Made by a program: the position numbers and the translations under genes
Notes under the pieces: generated by a model
Seen by the model: only the letters and a program-made list of their open reading frames with translations
Databases searched by the model: none
Told to the model about the DNA's origin: nothing
From: an uncultured Gemmatimonadales bacterium
Lineage (GTDB): Bacteria; Gemmatimonadota; Gemmatimonadetes; Gemmatimonadales; GWC2-71-9
Direction of reading: 5' to 3'
Assembly: GCA_963821525.1 (NCBI GenBank)
Contig: CAWGED010000019.1
Span: 544,001 to 608,000 of the forward strand
Length of the DNA stretch: 64,000 nucleotides
Shown here: positions 43,446 through 52,194 of the stretch, piece after piece
Numbering within the stretch: position 1 is the first letter of the stretch
How the letters are laid out: each line of letters starts with the position of its first letter

Positions 43446-45868
43446 TTGACCATCGACCATCGACTATCGACCGCGCTGTCTGACCGCTACCGCATCGAGC
43501 GGGAGCTGGGCCAGGGCGGCATGGCTACGGTGTACCTCGCACAGGACCTCAAGCACGATCGCAAAGTGGCCGTGCAAGCTGCTGCGTCCGAGGAACTCGC
43601 TGCGTCGCTGGGGCAAGGAGCGCTTCCTCCGCGAGATCAAGGTCGCGGCCAATCTGCAGCATCCGCACATCCTGCCGTTGTATGATTCGCGGTGAGGCCG
43701 ACGGGGTCTGCCTGTACTACGTCATGCCGCTATCGTCGAAGGCGCAGTCGCTCCGCGACAAGCCTGCACGAAGGAGAGGCGAGCTGCCGATCGGCGGACG
43801 CGGTGCGCATCCTGCGCGAGGTCGCCGACGCGCTGACCGTAAGCCCACGGTCACGGCGTGGTTCACCGCGACATCAAGCCGGAAAACGTGATGCTGCGCG
43901 GCCGGCACGCCGTGGTGATGGACTTCGGCGTGGCTAAGGCGCTCAGCGCGGCCCGGGCGGCAGTCAGCTCACCACGATCGGCGTCGCCCTCGGGCACGCC
44001 GACCTACATGGCGCCGGAGCAGGCAGTGGCCGATCCCCACGTGGATCATCGACGGAAGGCGCGACCTCTACGCGCTTCGGCGTGGTGGCGTACGAGCTGC
44101 TGGCGGGACAGCCGCCCTTCACCGGGACCACCCAGCAGGAGATCCTGGCGGCGCACGTGACCGCGGACGCGCCGAGCCGGTCGCCAACCACCGGCCGGCC
44201 ATGCCGCCGGCGCTGGCCGCCGCGGTGATGCGGTGCACTGGAGAATCGGCCCGCCGATCGGTGGCAGAGCGCCGAGGAGTTGATCACCCAGCTCGAATCG
44301 GTCTTGACCCGAGCGGCGGGATAACGCCGACGGCAACGTCTGCCGGTCACCGCGGTTCCCGCACCAGGGCTCCCGTCGCACGCTCGCAGCGTTCGCGGTC
44401 GGGGCGATTCTGCTGGTGGCCGGGGTCGAGGCGTGGCGGGTTGACCCACCACGCCGGGGAGAATCGTCCGGTGTTTCCTCCTCCGGGATCGCCAGGCGCG
44501 TCGGCTGTCTTTGCCTTTGCGAGTCGCGGAGCGCGGGACGACCTCGGATGCGTACCTGGGCGACGGCATGGCGACCGACTTGACCAACGACGCTGGCCGG
44601 AATGTGACCGGCCTCCATGCGTATCCGCGCGAACGTTCGCGCCTTCGCCCTGCGGGGCGAAGACCGCCCGCGAAGATGGGGCGGCGCTCACGGCGGACGC
44701 CATGGTGTCGAGGGTACCGTCGGCAAAGTCGAGAACCGGCTGCGGGTGACGGTGTCAGCTGGTGAACGTCGCGGATGAGGCGGTATCTCTGGAGTCAGCG
44801 ACTACGACGTGAGCGCGAAAAGGATCTCTACGCCCTCCAGGATTCGGCCGCGGCCGCGATCGCGATCGGCGCTAGGGGAAGTCGGTCTCGGCCGGCGAGA
44901 CGATCCGGCTCTCGTCGGCGCACCGCACCGCGAACCCGGAGGCCTACGATCTCGTCCTGCGCGGCCAGTTCCTGACGGAGCAGAACACCGAGGCCAGTCT
45001 CCAGCAGGCCATCGCGCTGTTTGAACGAGCCGCCGCTCTCGATTCCACGTACGCCGATCCGTGGAACGGGATCGCTCAGGCCTGGATCTTCCTCGCCGAT
45101 ACCTACCTGGCCCCGCGCGCGGCGGTTCCTCCGATGTCTGCCGCGATCGACAAGGCTCTGGCGCTCGATCCCAGGTCGGCGTGGGCGCACGCACTCAAGG
45201 GAAGCCTGCTCTCCGCGTATCTCCGTGACTACGCGGCCGGGGAACGGGAGTATCTCGCGGCAATCGCCCTGGACAGTACCACGACATTCGGCGGCGACTA
45301 TGGCTGGGTGCTGCATTCGCGCGGCCTGGAACCGATTCGGCATTGGCGGTTTTTCGCCGGGCGCGGCGGCACAATCCGTTTGCCTTCGCCCCGCTGAATG
45401 GAATCGTGGCCGTCATGAGTAATGCGGGGATGCTGGACAGCGCCATCAGTGCTTTGCCGCGCCCTCCAACAGATGGGCCCACACTCATGCGGAGATCAGC
45501 TGCTGATGCAGATGGGCCGGGCACGAGAGGTGGTCGTCGCGTGGAAGGCGAAGCCCTCCACCACACCGGATGAGACGCTGGACCTGGCCGAGGCGTTGGC
45601 GCTGGCCGGCGATCCCGCGGGCGCGCGACGCGAGCTCTCGGCGGCGCTCAGCGCCGCGGGGTCTCGCTATGTCCGCGAGGACAACGTCGCGGCCGTCTAC
45701 CTCGCCCTGAAAGACACCGCCAGGACACTGGAATGGCTCGGACGGGGCCTCGATGCCCAGGCGGCGAACATGGCTACGATCAATCGCAATTGGAGATTCA
45801 AGCCGCTGCATGGCTACCCGCCCTTCGACGCCATCGTGAGAAAGGCGGGGTTGCAGCCGTCGCCATGA
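43446..45868 (+). pseudogene. Ser/Thr kinase K11: kinase + TolB_N-like + TPR, very heavily frameshifted (pseudogene or low-quality sequence)
   Basis: Fragments in many frames: [57 protein letters not shown] pieces and PLHGYPPF. Confidence 0.78.
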
Positions 45869-45993
45869 ACCGACTGGCAGGGCGGTGAGGGGAGCAGTCG
45901 ATAGTCGATGGTCGATGGTACCGCACCGTACGGGAACGTAGTGTTTGCGCCGGTGTCCCAGGATTTGACCCCATATCCATGGACCACCGATCA

Positions 45994-46077
45994 TTGACCA
46001 TCGACCATCGACTATCGACCGCGCTGTCTGACCGCTACCGCATCGAGCGGGAGCTGGGCCAGGGCGGCATGGCCACG
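45994..46077 (+). pseudogene. Orphan kinase 5' stub ([28 protein letters not shown])
   Basis: The first 80 bp are identical to 43446-43525. It ends at the right-end hairpin of the IS200-like element. Confidence 0.9.
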
Positions 46078-46523
46078 CTTTCCGCGGCTGAGAGCCGCGG
46101 CTCGGCTGATGTCGCTGAAGCGACGGGCCGGGCGGTCCAACCCGGTATGGCCTCATCGGGATGGTGCGTGTGCTGATGGCGCACATAGGCTGCCGCCACA
46201 CCCCGTTGGCGAGGACTCACACTGATCACGCTGTATCCTTTGGCCCATCGCAGGGCGGGGTCCTGCAGTGGCGCGCCACGATTGATCAGGGTAGCGGTGC
46301 CGCCCTTCATGCGTTGCAGCAGTCGGGGAATGACGGTAGAAGGATGCAGGCGCACCAGCAAATGCAGGTGCGTGGTCACGATACCGAGCTCGAGTACCCG
46401 CGCCCGCTCCTGCCGAGCAATAATGGGGAGATGCTTCCAGAGGTACTCGGCACGGGGCCGATCTATGGTCGGCTGACGATCACGGGTGGTCCAGACGATA
46501 TGGACCAGGAGCTGATGATGCAT
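46035..46523 (-). CDS. tnpA: Y1 HUH transposase (IS200/IS605 TnpA)
   Basis: VHIVWTTRDR, HUH motif HLHLL, MKG, W..GY.V.SVS and catalytic YVRHQ (YxxxQ). Confidence 0.9.
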   Translation of the reverse strand: MHHQLLVHIVWTTRDRQPTIDRPRAEYLWKHLPIIARQERARVLELGIVTTHLHLLVRLHPSTVIPRLLQRMKGGTATLINRGAPLQDPALRWAKGYSVISVSPRQRGVAAAYVRHQHTHHPDEAIPGWTARPVASATSAEPRLSAAESVAMPPWPSSRSMR

Positions 46524-46620
46524 ACATCAGGATCGACGCATCCCTCGATTGCGGCGGTACCATTCCAACGCACCGCAGGTCGCTTTAGCGACCTCAGCCG
46601 AGCCGTCGCTTCAGCGACGA
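46078..46620 (-). mobile_element. IS200/IS605-family (tnpA-only) element with subterminal hairpins
   Basis: tnpA is flanked by hairpins CCGCGGCT-GAG-AGCCGCGG and GTCGCT-GA-AGCGAC (46082-46124), and by GTCGCTTTAGCGAC / CGTCGCTTCAGCGACG (46579-46619). Exact ends are uncertain. Confidence 0.8.
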
Positions 46621-46647
46621 GCGCGGGCGGCGATCCTGAGAATCACG

Positions 46648-49350
46648 ATGCTTGACTCGCTCTCCCGCCTTACCGCCGCCCTCGCCGACCGCTACCGCAT
46701 CGAGCGGGAGCTGGGCCAGGGCGGCATGGCCACGGTGTATCTCGCCCAGGACCTGAAGCACGAGCGCAAGGTCGCGGTCAAGGTGCTGCGACCGGAGCTC
46801 GCGGCGGTGATCGGCGCCGAGCGATTTCTGAGCGAGATCAAGACCACGGCGAACCTGCAGCATCCGCACATTCTGCCCCTGTTCGACAGTGGGCGGACGG
46901 GCGGCAACGGGGACGAGCGGGCGGACGACTTCCTGTTCTACGTCATGCCGCTGATCGAGGGCGAGTCGCTCCGCGACCGGTTGAATCGCGAGAAACAGCT
47001 CCCGATTGGGGATGCGCTCCGCATCGCAACCGAAGTCGCGAGTGCGCTGGACTATGCCCACCGCCACAACGTCATCCATCGCGACATCAAGCCCGAGAAC
47101 GTCCTGCTGCACGACGGGCGCGCGCTGGTGGCCGACTTCGGAATTGCACTGGCCGCGAGCAAGGCGGGCGGCAGCCGGATGACGGAGACCGGGATGTCGC
47201 TCGGTACTCCGACCTACATGAGCCCCGAGCAGGCGATGGGAGAACGGGAGATCACCGCCCGCTCCGACGTCTACGCCCTGGGCGCCATGACCTACGAGAT
47301 GCTGCTGGGGGAGCCGCCGTTCACCGGGCCCACGGCGCAATCGATCGTGGCGAAGGTGATGACCGAGAAGCCGGCTTCGCTCATCTCGCGGCGGGATCGG
47401 ATCTCACCGGCCGTCGAGGATGCGGTGCTGACCGCGCTGGAGAAGCTGCCGGCCGACCGGTTCGGGAGTGCAGCGGAGTTTTCGGCGGCGTTGAATGGGG
47501 ATAGCGGCTCGGCGACTCGGCGGCTCGGCGGCTCGGCCCCGCAGCCCGAGGCTCGGCGGGGCGTAGGCCGGCCCGCGCTTTATGCGATGCTGGTCATCAC
47601 CTCGCTGGCCGCGGTCTTCTTCGCCTGGCGCGCCGCGCATCACCCCGCCGGCCCGGTCACCCGACTCACACTCGACCTGCCGGAACTCAGGGTCAATCAC
47701 CTCAGCTACTACGGGAGCGCCCTCGCGGTGGCTCCCGACGGCTCGTCGCTGGTTTACGTCACCGAGAGTCCGGGCACGCCTACCCGGCTCATGGTGCGGG
47801 AACGCGGGAATCTTACGCCGCGGCTGCTCGAAGGGACCGACGGAGCGGATGGGCCGTTCTTTTCGCCCGACGGCCGCTGGGTGGCTTACACCGCCGCCAA
47901 GAAGATCTTCAAGGTGCCGGTCGCAGGGGGGACTCCGGTGCTCGTCGCGGATGCGGCGGCCAATGAGCTGGCCAGCGGAACCTGGCTGGACGACGGCCGG
48001 ATCGTCTTCACCAATCAGTCCTTCGAGATCCTTACCGTGCCGGCGGCCGGGGGGCAGGTTTCCCGGGTCGTACCACCACCCGTCAGCTTCGGCTGGGCCT
48101 TTCCCACCGCGCTGCCGGTCAAGGATGTCATCCTGATCACCGAGTGCAGCAACAACTGCTCGCGGATGAACCTGTTGGCCATGAATCTGAAAACGCTGGC
48201 GCGGGACACCATCCTTCCCAACACCTCACGGGGCTTCTACCTCCCCACCGGTGATCTCCTCGCGGTGCAGCAGGATGGCAACGTGGTGGCGGGACATTTC
48301 GATCTCGGCAAGCTGCGATATACCGATCCACCCGTCGTGGTGCAGAGCGCAGTCCAGCTCGAACTCGGCATCACGCCCGAGCTGGCCGTGGCAAATGACG
48401 GGACGCTCATCTACCTCGCCGCCAATCAGACGGGAACCGATGCGACCATCGCACGGGTGGATCGGACCGGCAAGGCTCGGGTGCTCGATCCCGACTGGAC
48501 GGCGCGGGTCAGCAGCCTGGCCCTCTCGCCCGACGGGCGCCGCGTCGGGATCAGCACCCTCGAGCAGTCCGGCAATGTGCTCTGGATGAAAGAGCTCGAC
48601 GCCGGCCCCCTGACCCAGCTCAGCTTCGACGGCACCATCAACTACCGCCCGTCGTGGCGCCCCGACGGACGCAGCATCAGCTTCACCTCGGACTTCAAGG
48701 GACTGGCCTCGTACCTGTACACGATGCGGGCGGATGGCAGCGACAAGCCGGAGCGAGTCCTGCCCAACGAACCGCTCCAGGTCGATGAAGCGGTCTGGTC
48801 ACGGGATGGCCGCTGGCTGGTGTACCGGACCGGCGTCACCGGAGGCTCGCGCGACATATACGCCCGGCAGCTCTCGGGCGACACCAGCCGGATCACCGTC
48901 GCGGCCGGCGCCGCCGATGAGTACATGGCGGCGCTTTCGCCCGACGGCCGCTGGATCACCTACGTCTCGGTCGAATCAGGCAAGGAGGAGGTCTACGTCC
49001 GGCCTTTTCCCGAGACCAGCAGGGCGCGGTGGCAGGTCTCCGCGGCGGGCGGATCCAATCCCGCCTGGTCGCACTCGGGACGTGAATTGTTCTATGTCGA
49101 CCGGGCCGACAGCCTGATCGCGGTGAGCGTGACCGGTACCACCGACTTCCAGATCGGCCCCAGGCGCGCGCTGTTCAGCACCCGGCCATTCCTGCTGCTG
49201 CCATTTCACCGCACGTACGACGTGTTCCCCGACGATCAATCGTTCCTGCTGCTCAAGCGTCCGTTCACCGCCACCACCGAGGCCAATCGGCTGACGGTCG
49301 TGCTGAACTGGTTCAGTGAGGTGAAGGCGAAGGTGAGACAGGGGAGGTGA
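46648..49350 (+). CDS. Ser/Thr kinase K12: kinase + TM + beta-propeller
   Basis: Intact ORF with all kinase motifs, a TM, SPDG repeats and C-terminal LTVVLNWFSE. Confidence 0.94.
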   Translation: MLDSLSRLTAALADRYRIERELGQGGMATVYLAQDLKHERKVAVKVLRPELAAVIGAERFLSEIKTTANLQHPHILPLFDSGRTGGNGDERADDFLFYVMPLIEGESLRDRLNREKQLPIGDALRIATEVASALDYAHRHNVIHRDIKPENVLLHDGRALVADFGIALAASKAGGSRMTETGMSLGTPTYMSPEQAMGEREITARSDVYALGAMTYEMLLGEPPFTGPTAQSIVAKVMTEKPASLISRRDRISPAVEDAVLTALEKLPADRFGSAAEFSAALNGDSGSATRRLGGSAPQPEARRGVGRPALYAMLVITSLAAVFFAWRAAHHPAGPVTRLTLDLPELRVNHLSYYGSALAVAPDGSSLVYVTESPGTPTRLMVRERGNLTPRLLEGTDGADGPFFSPDGRWVAYTAAKKIFKVPVAGGTPVLVADAAANELASGTWLDDGRIVFTNQSFEILTVPAAGGQVSRVVPPPVSFGWAFPTALPVKDVILITECSNNCSRMNLLAMNLKTLARDTILPNTSRGFYLPTGDLLAVQQDGNVVAGHFDLGKLRYTDPPVVVQSAVQLELGITPELAVANDGTLIYLAANQTGTDATIARVDRTGKARVLDPDWTARVSSLALSPDGRRVGISTLEQSGNVLWMKELDAGPLTQLSFDGTINYRPSWRPDGRSISFTSDFKGLASYLYTMRADGSDKPERVLPNEPLQVDEAVWSRDGRWLVYRTGVTGGSRDIYARQLSGDTSRITVAAGAADEYMAALSPDGRWITYVSVESGKEEVYVRPFPETSRARWQVSAAGGSNPAWSHSGRELFYVDRADSLIAVSVTGTTDFQIGPRRALFSTRPFLLLPFHRTYDVFPDDQSFLLLKRPFTATTEANRLTVVLNWFSEVKAKVRQGR

Positions 49351-49352
49351 GT

Positions 49353-49484
49353 GGAGACGGAGACGGGAGACGGGAGACGGAGGACGGGGGACGGGAGACG
49401 GGGCGGACGGGCGGACGGAGGGCGGACAGGGCGGACCGACGAACCGACGAACCGACGAACCGACGAACCGACGAACCGACGAAC
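49353..49484 (+). repeat. Compound short tandem repeats: GGAGACG-like, GGCGGAC-like and (ACCGACGA)x6
   Basis: Read directly between the K12 stop and the K13 leader. The perfect octamer run is 49435-49482. Confidence 0.92.
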
Positions 49485-49519
49485 GTTAACGGCTGACGGC
49501 ATCTAACAACCAACGACCA

Positions 49520-52194
49520 TTGACCATCGACCTCGACTCACGACCGCTCTCGCCGACCGCTACCGCATCGAGCGGGAGCTGGGCCAGGGCGGCATGGCCA
49601 CGGTGTACCTCGCCGAGGATCTCAAGCACCGGCGCAAGGTGGCGATCAAGGTGCTCCGGCCGGAACTCTCCGCCGTGATCGGAGCGGACCGCTTCGTGCG
49701 CGAGATTCAAACCATCGCGGCACTGCAGCATCCCCACATTCTCGGCCTGATCGACAGCGGCGAAGTGAACGGCACGGCGTACTACGTGATGCCCTTCGTC
49801 GAAGGCGAAAGCCTGCGGGATCGGCTCAACCGGGAGAAGCAACTTCCCATTCTCGATGCGGTGCGTATCGCGACCGAAGTGGCCTCGGCCTTGGACTACG
49901 CCCACCGCCATGGAGTCATCCACCGCGATATCAAGCCCGAGAACATCTTGCTGCACGATGGCCAGGCCCTGGTGGCCGACTTCGGCATTGCCATCGCCGT
50001 CTCCACGGCCGGTGGCAACCGAATGACAGAGACGGGAATGTCGTTGGGGACCCCGCATTACATGTCGCCCGAGCAAGCCATGGGCGAGCGCACCATCACC
50101 GCCCGCTCCGATGTGTACGCCCTGGGCTGCGTGCTCTACGAGATGCTCTCGGGAGACCCGCCGTTCACCGGATCGACCGCTCAGGCCATCGTGGCGCGGG
50201 TGATGACCGAGGCGCCCCGTTCCCTCCTCACCCAACGACGCACGATTCCGCCGCACGTCGAGGCGGCGGTGTTCACCGCGCTCGAGAAATTACCGGCCGA
50301 CCGGTTCGAGGGGGCCAGGGCATTCTCCGAGGCGCTGAGTGATTCCCGCTTCACCGCGACCGGGACAACCTCCAGCGCAGCGGTCGCGAGGGTCAAACCA
50401 AAGCTGGATCGCAGGTGGCTCTACACCGGGCTGGCCCTCGCCATGCTGCTGCTCGTCGTCGCGGCGGCCGGGTGGCTGCGTCCGATGCCGGGCGCCCCGA
50501 CCACGCGTCAGCGTGTGCTGCTCTGGCAGCATCCGGTCGGGCAATTCCTGACGCCGGGCTCGGAGCGAATCATGACCCAGGCCGCCATTGCGCCCGACGC
50601 CTCGAGCATCGTCTTCAGCGACCGGAGCAACGACTCGACCCCGCTCATGCGGAAGCTCCGGGATGAGACCCAGGCGAGACCGATTGCCGGGACGGAGGGA
50701 GGGCTGTCGCCGTTCTTCTCCCCGGACGGCAAGTGGGTCGGCTACATGACCATCGATGGTAGGCTGCGGAAGGTTCCGGTCGAGGGTGGAGGTGCCATCA
50801 CCCTCGCCACCGATGGCGACAACACCTACCCCATCGCCACCTGGCTGGATGACTGGACGATCGTGTATCCGGACGCCTCTCAGCGGCTACGCCGGATACC
50901 TGGGGACGGCGGTCCCAGCCGTCCAGTTCGGAGCGACACTACGCCGGGACGCCAGAACATTGGGACAATCGCGCCACTACCCGGCAGTCACGGGGTGTTG
51001 TACAGCGCCTGTCCCGGGAACTGTGCCATCGAGTCGTCGCTCTACGTGTTCGACTTTGCGGCCGACAGTGGCTGGCTTCTCGTCTCCGGTGCGGCCGGGG
51101 GCTGGTATGCGCCCACGGGTCACCTGCTGTACACCGATCGGGCAGGAGGATTGTTTGCTGTCGGGTTCAATCCCAAGACACTCAAGATTACTTCGGGCGC
51201 CATTCCCATCATAGACGATGTGGCGCCGGACGAATTCACCCTGTCGGCCTCCGGCAGCGCGCTCTACTCGCTCAATGTCGACCGTGGCGGCGGGGCGGAA
51301 CTGGTGCTGGTCTCGCTCGATGGGAAGGCCGAACCACTCGATTCGAGCTGGCGGGCGGACTTCGCGTATCCGGCAATCTCACCCGATGGTAAGGCACTGG
51401 CCGTGAGTGTGCGGGACGGTCCGACCCAACTCTGGATTCGGCGGTCCGACGGAACCCGGCAGAAGCTGACGCAGACCGGCTCGGTGAACTGGCGGCCCTT
51501 CTGGACCCCCGACGGACGATCGGTCGTCTTCCTCTCGGATGTGAGGGGCGGGGGAAGCCAGGACGCCTATGATATCTATCAGATGAGGGTCGACGGGAGC
51601 GGGCCGGCCCAGCTGCTTCTGCATCACAGCTCCGGGCTCTGGGAAGCCGAAGTGTCACGGGATGGGGAATGGCTGGTGTTTCGTTCCGATGAAGCCGGGG
51701 CCGATGCCAACATTCGGGCTCGGCGCCTTCACGGAGACACGGCCCTGGCGCCGGTGGTGGTCGACAAGAACACCAGCACCATGATTTCACTCTCCCCGGA
51801 CGGCCGCTGGCTGGCCTACGGATCCGATGCGACCGGACGGCGGGAGGTCTACGTCACGGCGTTCCCATCGGCGAGCTCGACTCATCTAGTCTCCCGCGGC
51901 GGCGGCATCGAGCCCCGCTGGTCGCACAGTGGCCGGCAACTGTTCTTCAAGAGCGGCAATCAGATGATGGCGGTGGACGTCACCCCCGGGACGACGTTTG
52001 TGGCCGGCACTCCTCGCCCACTCTTCTCCCTATCCGGTTACCGCTCGGCCCGAAATCGGCAGCAGTACGATGTGGCACCCGACGACAAGCACTTCGTGAT
52101 GATCCGGGAAAGGACCACTGACACCCCCACCAATGTGGTGTATGTCGAGAACTGGTTCGAGGAGCTCAAGGCGAGGGTGAAGGCGAAGCATTGA
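49520..52194 (+). CDS. Ser/Thr kinase K13: kinase + TM + beta-propeller
   Basis: ORF 49594-52194 extends upstream to ALADRY. The TTG leader at 49520 is 1 nt out of frame. C-terminal VVYVENWFEELK. Confidence 0.92.

Noticed and set aside
46078..46620. TnpB/IscB RNA-guided nuclease associated with the IS200/IS605 element
   Set aside because: The element is only about 540 bp and encodes tnpA alone.
12403..49484. CRISPR array
   Set aside because: The repeats are spacerless 7-8-mers or are separated by whole genes. There is no regular repeat-spacer periodicity and no cas gene.
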